Origin: Octopus vulgaris
Taxonomy: Eukaryota
Assembly: GCA_951406725.2 (NCBI GenBank)
Contig: OX597823.1
Location: forward strand, 60,636,001-60,700,000
Direction of reading: 5' to 3'
Length of the DNA stretch: 64,000 nucleotides
Shown: piece by piece, positions 25,296 through 38,334 of the stretch
Layout of the letters: each line of letters begins with the position of its first letter
How positions within the stretch are numbered: the first letter of the stretch is position 1
Translations under genes and position numbers: made by a program
Notes under the pieces: model-generated
The model's database searches: none
Seen by the model: only the letters and a program-made list of their open reading frames with translations
What the model was told of the DNA's origin: nothing

Positions 25296-26754
25296 TGTAC
25301 TAGTTTTGAATGTTTCTTCTTTTTGTTTTTATTTTTCAGTGTTTTATTCTAGTTAATTTCCATTTAACTGGAATTATTTTCTGAATTTCCAACTTTCCAA
25401 CCTTTTTCTTGTTATATTTTCTCCCCCCCCCACTCTTTCTCACTCCTTTTTTCTCTTGGTGGTTTTATTTTTTGTATTGACGTGATACATGCTTCTGCAG
25501 AAAGTTAGCATATATATTAATCACTTCAACATCTGTTTTGTAACTGGATGCACGTGTTAATTTGAACCTGTGAACCTCGATTTTATATCTTTATTCCTGT
25601 TAGGTAGGTTTATTCATGCAGAGACACAGTTATGCGTTTTTTCTTCTTCTGACTGCACATTGCAATCCAGAATGCAGATTTTGCATTTATGCTTTTTGAT
25701 CTAAAAATATCTCTGTAAAATGTTAGAATTTAGGAGTTTATATTTAGAAAAAAAAAAAAGAAAAATTCAGAAAACTTCAACTTCATTAGGTGGTTACATA
25801 TTTGACTTAATTTAGAAGGCATAGAAAATGGGTATTAGAGTGTAATTTTTTAAATTTTGTATTTAGTAAACTCCATGGAAATTAGTGTATAAAAGTGATG
25901 TAAATAAAATCGACATCTTAAGTATTTCCCTTATGTTCTTTTTCAGCGAATAATCTAGAAAACTGAACAAGTTTCTGATGTTTGGAAAATGTTATTTGAC
26001 AATTTAAACAAATACAAGTTGGTCACTTGAGAAACGGGAAAATAAATGAATAAATAAATGAAATAAAATGAAATGAAATAAAATAAAAACATTCATTTAA
26101 GTTTTAAGTCATTGCTTTTATTAGGTCAATGTCCAAACTTGACAGTTATAATATTAATGGAATGCAGGTATGAAATTATAATGCATTTTCTTGAAAATGT
26201 CATCATATGAAATCTCAGCTTAAATTCTTACAGTTTACTATGATTAAATATTTTTCAAGATTTGCATCTACTGTCATAAAATAGCCATTAGCCTCTACTC
26301 TTCTAGACTTGCTGGCTCTGTCCCAACCCTTCTTAAAACTACTTACTGTACCTGCCTACTTGCCATTCACTATGTCTTTCTGTGCCAAAAATGTGGAAGA
26401 GTTCTTCAACTGCATCATTGTTCTGGAGCCCTCTGCTATGTCTGTAAATCACGTTCAATATTTTGAAAGCAATTATTGAATAATAAACTCCAACCAGACC
26501 TTCCTTACATGTATAAAACATCTATTGGTTAAGAGCAACACTTCCATTCTAGAGCTGTAGTTAAAAATATATAAATGAAAATAATAATTATTGTCAACAG
26601 TTTATCAAAACCTGTATTCTATTTTAACAACACATCAATAGATAAAAATTATTTATTTATTGTGCATAAGCTCATAGTCTGTTATATGTTAGAGGGATGA
26701 TGCTAACATAGATATGTGTACCCGCCCACTACAACAGAATTGAAATCGTAAAAC

Positions 26755-27000
26755 CAAGGTGCCATGTAAAAAGCTCTGATGCTGGTGCCGCTTAAAAAAC
26801 ATCCGTGATGCTGCCACATAAAAAGCACTCAGTACACTCTGTGGAGTGGTTTGCATTAGGAAGGGCATCTAGCTGTAGAAACCAAACCAAAACAGACTAT
26901 GGAACTTGCTGCAGCCTTTGGCCTTACAAGTTCCTGTCGAGCTGTCTAACCCATGCTGGCATGGAAAACAGATGTTAAATGATGATGATTATGATGTTTG
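26755..27000 (+). mobile_element. SINE family C
   Basis: gtgccatgtaaaaagc units, ggagtggtttgcattaggaagggcatctagctgtag and (GAT)n tail. Confidence 0.82.
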
Positions 27001-28329
27001 TGTGATGTTAAATGATGATGATGATATTTGTGTGTGATGTTTGTGTGTTTTTGTGTCAAAAATGAAACCTAAGAATATGATGTGATCTAAATTAAAGGAG
27101 CAGCAATGACTCATCCAACCCATGCCAGCATAGAAAGTGGACATAAAATGACATTGATTTGATGATATATACATGTATATGTCTATATACACAAACACTT
27201 ATAATTATTCCTTAATTTTAACTTCAATATACAACATGTATGCATGGGGCTTTGCAGTTACAAAGTTCAGTTTATAATCATGTGGTTTAGGGTTTGGTCT
27301 CCAAGGCCACATGCAGAAGACACTTGCACATGGTATGTGTATATATGTATATATGTATGTATAAATTTATGTATTAGCACGTGCATGTGGGGTTGTCGTT
27401 TCTGCATGAGTTCATTAACACAACTTGAGCAAAAGTGGTGCTATTCATTTTCTCTTGTAGTTTTAGTAGCTTGATTGGTTTTCTGCATGTAAGGATTAGT
27501 GGAATGAAAATACCTTACATGAAAAACAGTTAAGAGTTGGAAACAGGAAAAAATATCTGGCTATAGAAAATCTGCTTCAACAAGTTTTGCATAACCCATG
27601 TTAGCATAGTAAAATGGATATAAAAATGATGACACTCACACACGCATACACGCATGCACATGCACGCACACGCACACACACACACACACACACACACGTA
27701 TATATATATCAGTTTTAGATAAACTTAATATGTTGAAGGCTATAACAGAGTTTATAAATAGATGGTAATTCAAAAGAATAGAATCAGTGGAAAATATGAA
27801 ACTAGAATGATGAATAGAATATCAATACTTGATTCATTTTAGTGCCAATTCTAGATTACAAAACCCCTTTGTGATCTGAATTTAAAATTACTCTCAGGAT
27901 TATCTTGTTTTGTTAATTTAATGTAATGCTGATGATGATTAAAGAAAGCTTTCTTGTGTAAGAGTTTTGAACCCCCCCCCAAAAAAAAAAGAAGACGAAA
28001 AAAAAAAGAAAAATGAGCAAGGCTCAAATGTTCTTGTACATTTACTTAGGTTTGTTTTAATTAAAGTTTGTTTTACCTGCAGGGAGAACATAATGTGAAA
28101 ATGCTTTTGAAATAAGTATATTTTTCAAAAGAGTTAAGTATCTATAAGACATTAATCATAAAACATATTAGTGTCATCTTCAATATTGACTCTCATGGCT
28201 GTTTTCAAATAGTCTTTTACATGGAAAATTATAGTGAATTTAGAGCAGATGCTCCTGACATAATAGCTAGAGTTTTTTTTCATTAGGTTATTTACCTAAG
28301 TTGTTCTAAATCAAATTTATTTACATTTA

Positions 28330-28892
28330 TTAATCATTTCGATGCCAACCTGCCTGAGATTCCTCCTTGTTCTGTGATACAAACATCCTGTTTGAAAGTA
28401 ATCTTGATTAAAACATGCAAATTTCAAAATCGTGCATTAATTTGTATTCCAAACTCCAGATTAATTCTTTTTCCCGTTTATATTTTATTTGTTTCAGTCA
28501 GTAGACTACAGCCATGCTGGGGCACTGCCTTGAAAATTTTTTTGACAAATTAATCAACCCCCAGTATTTATTTTTCCCTTTTAAGCCTGGCATTTATTCT
28601 ATCAGTCTCTTTTGCCAAGCTGCTATGTTATGGGGATATAAAAACTTCAACACTGGTTGTTACGCAGTGATGGAGGACAAACAGAGACACAAAACACACA
28701 CATGATGGGCTTCTTCCAGTTTCTACTCACAAGCCTTTTGGTTGGCTCGAGGCTTTAGTAGAAGACACTTGCCCAAAGTGTCACAAAGTGGGACTGAATC
28801 CAGAACCATATGGTTGGGAAGCTAACTTCTTGTCACACAGACACACCTAAACAGTGTATTTCTACAGAAATATGGTAACAAAAATGGGTTAA
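28330..28892. mobile_element. piggyBac-type MITE family 2 interrupted by a minus-strand SINE A (about 28485-28850)
   Basis: Left part resembles the 13801 element; right end ggtaacaaaaatgggTTAA; SINE A motifs lie between. Confidence 0.65.
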
Positions 28893-30819
28893 ATGGTTGG
28901 TTAACTGTTGCTGTAGTATCTAGGTGTTTCAAGAAATCAGATAAACTAATAATCACGAAGAAACATGACTGCTTCTGAATTTCAGATTTATTCTCTTCAG
29001 GGTTGATTCTTTACTTTTGTGCACCATTAATATACACTCCTGACAAGGGAGCCATTAGGCCTGCAAGATGGGAGAATAAGAAGTAAGTTCAATTTCTTGA
29101 TTCTGATCTTGAGTTCACTAAAAGCATATTATGAAGGAAACATTTGAGTTTAAAACTGAGTTGTGCCTCAGTTGTGAAAGTGCTTGGCCATGAATGTGTT
29201 CAGAGTATGATTGATGAATCATGGATGTATGTTTAATGGATAGCTTATCAGTGGGAAAAAGTTAAATGAAGCATAAAATAGATAGAGCATGCAAATTGTG
29301 ATAATGGATCAGTTACTAAAGCTACAATTGATTATAAAAATGAAATTTCTAATCAGTGGGGTTCTTATTTTGATTCCGATCTCTATCTAAACATGTCTAA
29401 AATAATACCACTTCACACTAAAAGTTGTTTGTTTTTTTTTTGTTCTGTAGTTTAGTGTTTCTATTGATTGGGTGTGGTAGCTGAGAGACTAAGGTACTGA
29501 ACCTATTAGTTGCCAGGTCAAAATATTAAGCCCTGATACTCAGTTATCTTGCTACATTGTAATCTGAGTATTCTATATTTCATAGCTCTACTGACATATT
29601 TCATATTTCAGTAGAGAGCATAGCTAACTTGTGAAGATCAGTCTCAAACAATTGATGGAATTTGTTTGTTTTGAAAGACTCATCTGTATACAAAACAAGA
29701 ATATAAATTCCTTATTTTCAGTTACATTTTCAGACTGACATGTAGCAAATGTCTGCAAAAGAACCTATCTTCATGACTACATGGTCTGCATTACTTTATC
29801 TGTGTAAAGGCTAATCTAGCTCATTAGTTTTGATTACAATTTGGCCTTCTACTAATTAACTCCCTTTCTTTCCATCTGGCATATATTTTAAATCTCACAC
29901 TTTTCTTTTTCAAAGCATTGACTAATATTTTTAATAGTTGTAGCCCAACTCTGTTTATTAAGTTTGACTGAAAATATGCTTAAGATGTTCATTGAATGCC
30001 ATTTGAACCTTGATTTTCCTGATTGCATATCGCCTCGCACTTATCAATAGTGCTTACATACTATTTATTATTGTACCCACAACAAGCCCATTGTCTCACA
30101 TCACTCCAAAACCCAATACAAACCTCTTTACCTAATTTTTCTTCCTCAGAGCTGCTTCATGTAAAATTTTCTTCTCCTTCATGTTGTTTCTCTCCAATGG
30201 TGAATTTGCAATTTGTTTATCAACCTTGTCCAATTAACTTTATTTCTGAGTCTTGGAGGGTATAACAAGTTTACAGTTTCCTCCACTTCAAGCAACTAAC
30301 AACTGCAAGAACTCTTCTGCTTTCATTTTTTTCTACTTTGCTGGTCAGTAGTGTCCCATTTTTATCTACAAACGATTGGTGCCTAAACTTCTTCCATACA
30401 CCAAGTTTCTTAACTAAAATGCATTAGCTTGCTAAATGCCATTAATTAGATCAACTAATTTTCCTTTTATTTTTCCAGCTGAAGCATTTATGCCATTGTT
30501 CATAATGTAGTTGGTGTATTCAGCTATCTGCTTATCAACGATGCATCTATTATTTGCTTTGTGGAACTGGTATTGATTTCATATCTACTTCATGTGTTGT
30601 AGAGATGTCCATCAGTAGCTGACACTTGCTTTCGGTTATTTTTAACACCAGAGTTCTTGATTCTATACTTCTTTTACAGATTTCAAACACCTACTAAAAC
30701 AAGGTCATTGAATATAGAAGCGTGTCTTTAGACAATACATTTTTTTTAGATAGATTTTCTAACAGAAAAGATAACCAGCTGGTATTAGTGAAAAATTGCA
30801 GATGAAGGTAAAGTTTAAT

Positions 30820-31215
30820 ATTGGCTTCAGTTTCAAAGGAGAGGATTAGTCGTTTACATCAACCCAAGTACTCAACTGGTACTTATTTTATCAACTCCGA
30901 AAGGATGGAAGGCAAAGTCTGCCTTGGTGGTGTTTGAACTCAGAATGTAAAGATGAGCAAAATGCTGCTAAGCGTTTTACCTGGTATGCCTTAAAGATAA
31001 AATTTAATATTGGTTTCAAATTTTGGCACAAGGCCAGCAGTGTTGAGGGAGGGACCAAATTGTTTATGCTTGGCTGGTTCTTATTTTATTGACCCTGAAA
31101 GGATGAAAGGCATATGTCAACCTCAGTGGAATTTGAACTCAGAATGTAAAGATAGATGATATACTGCTAATCATTTTGCCTGGCATGCTAACGATTCGGC
31201 CAGCTCACCACCTTA
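30820..31215 (-). mobile_element. Two head-to-tail SINE B copies
   Basis: Two ggtacttattttat...aaaggatg.aaggca...tttgaactcagaatgtaaaga cores. Confidence 0.88.
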
Positions 31216-32679
31216 AAGGTAAAATTTAATATTAACAGGTAAATGGTTTAGTTTCTCCCATTTCATTACCTTAAAAAGAAAAAACTGTTTGTTGCTATTG
31301 TTACACAAGGAATAGTTGTTGTTTTTTAATTCTAACCCAGCTCATGAGATACATCTACGATCAAGGGTGTTTCAGCTATGACTAAACCATATCATTGTAT
31401 GTGTTAGGGACTATATTGTCCACTATTTTCTTTTTTTTTTTATTTAAGATGGTAGGTGTGATTTAAGGAAGATTTAGTTGCTAGTTGTAACAGATCAAGT
31501 GGCTGCATAGAGGCTTCCTTGAATACATTTTCTTTTTTGTGATTTATATAATGTTAGAAAAAGAGTGAAATTTAAATGTGTGTTAAAAATTGAAAAGTTA
31601 AGTTTGAAAAGTACAATTCTCCACTAGCAAAGACAGATCACTTATTCCAAGTGTGACTCACATTAGTACAGCTTATTATATAAAGTTGGCAAATGGTCAG
31701 CATGGAAATCAGTTGTTTTTATTGAATGTTATTGTAACAAAATTAGTTGGCTAAATATTTTTGGGCAGGGTATATTAATCACAAAAGTGCATTATCTCAA
31801 AAAAAAAAAAAAATGGGAAAAATGTTGAACTTATGAGCTTTTTATGTTAAGGAAATGAAATAATGACTTTTTATTACCTTAATATTGTACCCTTCTTCCT
31901 AGACTTGGCCCACCCTTTTAACAAATATTTTCCTCTTTAGGCTATGCTATCCTTAGTTCTTGATGCAACTTTTACTACTATCCTGTAAGACTCTAGCTTA
32001 AACTTTCTTGTAGCATACACTGAGAATCAACTGTATATCTCATTTCCCCACAAAAGGGATATTTTTCTGCTGCTGCCAGCTCACCACTGTTACTCTTGCC
32101 CTTGATACTGAAAATAATTAATCATGTTCTCAATTATTTTCCCCCAAAATTTCATTCTCTCCCCCTTTTTCAGCAACTCCCAGTATTGGTTCATAGAAAC
32201 CCAAGTTTTAAGAATTACTCTTGTCAGGATTTGCTATCACTGACTTATTGAGATCTCTGATTCTTCATGATTTTTTTTTAAATCAACAGAGTTGTTGATA
32301 GTTAAAATGATATTTCTGTATGGTCTACTGTTCATGTTTGTGAGAAGCTTCCTTCTTTTAATTACTAGTATCATGGCCACATTCCAATGAAAGCCATTTG
32401 CTTAATGAGTAAACATTTTCAACGGGAAACCTTTAATCCCTGACTCATTGTTCTATTGCATCCTTTCTCAACTTGTAACACTGTTGTAGCATTAACTACA
32501 CAGATGCTTTTCTGTTTCTCATGTCTAATATTGTATTAATTTCCTTAAAATCTCACTACGATGAAAAGAAAACTAGATATCAAAGTTAGTGCTTGTTATA
32601 CAATGATGTCAGTATTAACTTATTATATTCAGCATCAGTATATAGGTGCATATTTAATGTTTTAATATTAGATTGGTCT

Positions 32680-32860
32680 GAGGTGGTGAGCTGGCAAAAT
32701 TGTTCACACACTGGGCAAAATGCTGAGCTGCAGTTCGTCTGTATGTTTTAAGTTCAAATTCTGTCATGATTGACTTTGCCTTTCGTCTGTTTTGGAGTTC
32801 ATAAAATAAGTACCAGTTAAACACTGGGTTCAATGTAATTGACTTAACCCTCCTTCTTGA
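32680..32860 (+). mobile_element. SINE family B
   Basis: aggtggtgagctggcaaaa...agttcaaattctg...gactttgcctttc...aaataagtaccag. Confidence 0.82.
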
Positions 32861-32888
32861 TCTCTACAGGTAAATATAATGTCCTTAA

Positions 32889-33279
32889 TCTCTCTATATA
32901 TAAAGCTGAAGTTGTCTGTGTATGGCAGGTTTGGTAGTCTTCAACTAACACTATCTCCTCCGAGACCCTGCGGCGCAAGTTGACCAAAATTGAGAGTATG
33001 ATAGAAGAAGGCTTGCTCTTCCTTCCGTAGAAAAAAATTTCAAATCGGACCAAGTTAACACCAAAAATTATTTACATTAAAAAGGTGCTTTTTTTCTATG
33101 AAAATCCCTATTTTTTACGATTTTTTGACTGCTGTGTCACCATTTTTTGGTGTATTTCAACTAGAAAAATGTTCACTTAAAGAGAATAAAAAGCTACATA
33201 ATGCAAAATTTTTACTTTTCAAAAATTCCAATTCTAAAGGGTCGAAACAAACCTGAGCAATGCCGGGTGATACTGCTAG
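32889..33279 (+). mobile_element. Non-autonomous Helitron, 391 bp
   Basis: A|TCTCTCTATATATAAAG 5' end; 3' hairpin cctgagcaatgccggg followed by CTAG|T; second copy at 62589-62975. Confidence 0.88.
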
Positions 33280-34393
33280 TATCTAATAAGTTTATGGAAC
33301 TTGAACAATGTTTAATTCACAGAACATATTCAGATATAAGCATTAACTGGACACATCCTTTCATGTTACAATTTACTCTTAATTATCTTTCTATTAAGAA
33401 GGAAAGACATCAAGTATTGCCTCATAGCAGTTACTGTTACATACCATTTTAAGATTTCTAAAATGGCTTTCTTATTCACCTTACATTTCAACTTAGATAT
33501 GATGACACAATTTATCCCCTGTGTAATATTTTGCTAGTTATAGAGTTGCCATCAAATTTAAAGTAGGTAACACCAGCTAAAGAATTTGGGGTTGTTCTTG
33601 TGTTAAAGTGTTTGATTTTATATTAAAAATTATGTCAGCATGGTTAATGACTATGTTTTTAGGTTCATATAAAATTATTGGAAATGAAAGCTTAGCCAAT
33701 TTATTAAAACCAAATAATTTTATTCATGTCAAATTTCTCATAAAGTTTGTCACAAATTTCTTAGTTTTTATTAGGTTGTCAAATTCAGTTTTTAATATAT
33801 CTTAATATATTGTGGCAAGCATCATAAAAGTAAGATCCACACAAACCACATCCTTGACTTGGTTTCAATTTGTTTTTATTAATTCATATTATTTATTTAA
33901 GCATGTTGGAAAAGTATAAACCTTCATATTTGATTTTCTCTTCCTATACATTCTTAGGCTTTCTGTCTATATAACAAATCAATATATTTTAATATGTTAA
34001 AAATCAAAGATGTCTGAGGCAGTAGAGCGTTGGAGTAAAATGAATAAGATTGATTAGTTTTGTTCATCTCTATTCATTTCCAAATCTTGTGTGGGTGGGC
34101 TGTAGCTTTTATTTTAACCACCAGTTTACCCATAGTTGAGTCCTTAAAATATATTCCATCCTCAATTCAAGACTGGCTGGACATGGTGAGAAAGAAGTCA
34201 GTCAATCAGAAACCAAAATGTATTTTGTGGACAATGAATTTGGCCTATTCAAATAATGCTTTTCTACAAGGTAATTATAATCTCCAATTTAATATGGAAG
34301 TTGTGTTAGAACTCTAGAATTCAGCATTATTTATAATGAGAGGATCTCTCTCATAAGAACTCATGGTGCATAGAAGCACATGTAATTGTATTA

Positions 34394-34554
34394 GGTGCAG
34401 GAGTGGATGTGTGGTAAGTAGCTTGCTTACAAACCACATGGTTCCAGGTTCAGTCCCACTGCATGGCACCTTGGGCAAGTGTCTTCTCCTATAGCCTCAG
34501 ACCAACCAAAGCTTTGTGAGCAGATTTGGTTGACAGAAACTGAAAGAAGCCCGT

Positions 34555-34604
<50 letters not shown>

Positions 34605-34810
34605 ATATGTGTGTTTGTGTGTCTGTTTGTCCCCCCACCATCGCCTGACAACTGATACTGGTGTGCTTGTGTCCCCATAACTAAGCAGTTCGGCAAAAGA
34701 GACTGATAGAATAAGTACTAGGCTTACAAAAAATAAGACCTGGGGTTGATTTGTTCGACTAAAGGTGGTGCTCCAGCATAGCTGTAATCAAATGACTGAC
34801 TGAAACAAAT
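34394..34810 (+). mobile_element. SINE family A, full length
   Basis: Colinear with 11657-12052, including A/B boxes and the central TA run. Confidence 0.92.
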
Positions 34811-35257
34811 ATTGTTGAGAGATGACATTTATCTCACCAAACTACCAGATCCTGTGGTTTAACCCCCTCCCCATGGATTCCTTAGTGACAGGTGTCCAGC
34901 AGCATGATAACATCCAGATTACCCATCAGTGATATATAGAATCTCAGTTCCTATTCAGGCACTGATGTAGCAAATAATAGGGACAGAAGCAAAAGTAATC
35001 TAGATCTCCAACTCAATGTGGAGGTTGTGTTATAACACAGAATTCTAAGTTATTTACCTTGAAAGGGTCTCTCATAAAGACTAATGGTGCATACAAACAC
35101 GTGTAATTATTTTACAGATAAGAAAGTAATATTTCTGCTCTTTTCACAGATATACTGCATTCAAAATATTATTTCCTCATCTGTAAAATACGAAACACAT
35201 TCAACACTTCCAAAGTTTGTTTACAAAATGTTGTTACATGTAATTATATCGTTGGCA

Positions 35258-35369
35258 GATGAGAATTGTCTCCTATGGGTGCTGGAAGTGCCAGGTCACA
35301 TGATTTCACTCTGCTATGGGTTCCTGGAGGATCTGGCACTTCTGGCTGCTATAGCAGGCATTTCTCATC
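35258..35369 (+). ncRNA. Candidate structured RNA hairpin (pre-miRNA-like or dsRNA editing substrate)
   Basis: Arms 35258-35297 and 35330-35369 give 31 Watson-Crick pairs, 5 G-U pairs and 4 mismatches with no gaps; 32-nt loop; no second copy noticed in the window. Confidence 0.45.
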
Positions 35370-36284
35370 TATCTACAATATTATTGCGTTTATTTTTATG
35401 CACCATGAGTCCTTATGAGAAATCCTCTCAAGGCAAATAATTCTGTGTTTTAACACAACTTCCATTTTAAACTGGAGATTAAGATTATTTTTTGGTATTA
35501 ATACTGCTTCTGTCGGTATTATTTTATTGCTATTCTACAGTATAATTTTGAAAATTGCTTTTTAAATGCTTAGCAAATTCATCTTTAGAAGCAAGCAAAA
35601 GAAGTATAAAATGAATTTTGAGATAGTGAGAGAGAGAGAGAGAGAGAGGGGGAGGGAGAGAGAGAGAATGAAACATTTGAATATATTTAAATATGTAGTA
35701 TAACTGATTAAACTATTAAAAACAGCTACAAAAAAATATGGTATAATGATGTCTCTGTTTATCTAAAATATATTACTTAATGAAAACAATTTTTAAAACA
35801 ATTGCTTTTGCCCGTCAATTAATACTGATTTATTCATAAACTACTTATTTATTTAAAATAAATAGATAAATAAGAAAAAAAAAAAAAAATTGTCTCTGTA
35901 ATAATTTCTTACAATTTTCAAAAAGGAAAAGAATTAGAAATATATTCTGGAAGTCTTATTCAAGTTTCTATGAATGAGGAAAAATCTTAATAAATTGTAA
36001 TCTACTTGTGTTGATTTCTGTAATTGTTTGAAATGGGAAATAATATAGTTTATTTAAGAATTTCTCTTTTGATAGCAGTTTCTTTTTTTACATTTTTCTC
36101 TAAGTTCAGGTTTCCAAATTAAATACTCCAATTATGTTTTATTCACTGTTGAATTATTTACTTGATTAGCTCTTCACTTTAATTAACTCTCACTATCTTG
36201 TCCATTTCATCGTCTGTTGATAAATGAATTAATTTTTTATTATTTTTTGTATTTATGAAATATATTTTATAAGCTTTTTAATAT

Positions 36285-36322
<38 letters not shown>

Positions 36323-37534
36323 AATGAAAGATATATGTACATTCAATGTTTCTAAGAGTAATATATATATATATATATGTGTGTGTGTATGTATAAAACA
36401 CATACCTCTGTGTCTTTGTATGTGTGAGATGCTTGCATTAGCAATATTCCCATCTTGAATCACTCAAACATTTCATTGTCAAACCTTCATTTTTATGCCC
36501 ATATCTACACAACTATGTGTATGTATATGGATATGCATATATGTGGGTGTGCATGGGTGTGTGTATACACCCACACACCTACATACGTAATAGAATATAT
36601 ATAGTCACACACACATATGCACAGATACCAATTTAGATATCTTTTCATATATATATATATATATATATACACACACCTACACACTCATATATATGTATGT
36701 AGATACATATATACACACCCATATGTTGTTGATCAATGGTAAAGATTAACTTTCATTTTGCTCATTACTTCAAAATTTTTATTTAGTTTCTTTCAATGAC
36801 TGCATTTCATTATGAATTCTTTTAATTATCTTTTCAATATTTTATTCAGCACAAATATATAAATATTTTTAATATTGTCGTTTCAATTAGATAAACAAAC
36901 ATTCTTGTCTTAACCTTTGTTTTCCTTGTTTATTGTCAGTGTATATTTACATATCTGCAAATTTATGTCAGGAGTTTTAAGGTTATTTATTTTTTTTTTG
37001 TTCCTCTATTTTTCTTCCGAAAATAATTCTTCTATTCACAATGTTCTTGTCTTTAATTATGTATTGGGTCATTATAAAGTTAGAAGTTCATGTCCTAATG
37101 AGTCATTACTTCATTACAACCATCAGGTCGATTCTTTGTGAGAAAACCTCCTGCTGGCTTTTGATTGATGTAAATAAAATGAGATAAATGAAACTAATGC
37201 AAATGCATTAGTTTCAAACACTTTTGTTCTTCACTGTTATGTTCCATCTCATGCTCAAGATGCTACGGGTAAGATGAAGAATACTGAGACGATAAAAAGG
37301 CTAATGTATTGCTATTGGATTCTGTTATTTTCGGTTGGTTAGTCGGCTGGTCGGTCGGTTGGTTGTTTCAAAGCGATCTCATTTTGACTTCTACCATTGT
37401 AATTGTTTCATTAACTCATTAAAATTCTTGGTTGACTTAACTAATGGTAACAACAAACCTATTATGTTAATTGGGCTTAAGGAACTTCTATTAATTGCGA
37501 GTAAATAAAAACTCTTCTTTGGTGCATGTATATG

Positions 37535-37593
<59 letters not shown>

Positions 37594-38334
37594 GTATGTG
37601 TCTGTGAGTGTATGTTTTGTTATAATTATTCAAATGGTAACGTTTATTGTATTATGAATTCATTTCCCCACTGAGATTTGTATAAAGACTGATTAATTTT
37701 TGATTAAATAAAATGTTTTATTTTAAAATTAATTATACTATAATTGTGACTGTATTTATGGCATTTAATGTATAAAACAAGAGCAAAAGACCTTTGTTGA
37801 AAAGCCTAAATTGTCTATAAACAGGGCCTAAATGTTCTCTTTCATTTCATTACAACACACACATTCACATACACATGTACCATTGCAATTTCTTCTCATG
37901 GTTGATATAACTAAACATTATCAAAGATGATTTTATACAGTAAAAGAGTAAAACTACTGTGAATTCCTTTATGAAGAAAAACGTTTGAAAATTAATATCT
38001 TTCCTTAAAAAGCAAACAAACAGAAAACAAAAAAAATCAAAACAAATACAGAATACAAATAAGGAAGACTAACTTTATACATATGTACTTCATGAACTGA
38101 AAATGTCTATTAATATGCGAATTAAAAGAACAGACTTTCTCTGATATTCTACGTTATAACATGCTGAAGGAAGATCAATGTACAGTAGAAATGTTTGTGT
38201 ACTCATTAGATGTGTAATATCTTTAATAACTAGAGTCAGTAGTATTACAGGAGGAGCTTCAGTTGTTATATAATTAAGTAGTTTTAGAAAAATTACATTA
38301 TTATTATCATTATTATTATTATTCGTTGTCTTCG

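Noticed and set aside
35058-35180. Possible 123-nt minus-strand exon (tattttacAG ... AAG|GTAAAT)
   Set aside because: Stops in all frames, very AT-rich, and such site pairs are common by chance here.
37255-37277. Minus-strand resemblance to the miR-8/miR-200 star arm (CATCTTACC...AGCAT)
   Set aside because: No miR-8 mature sequence (TAATACTGTCAGG) on the expected partner arm.
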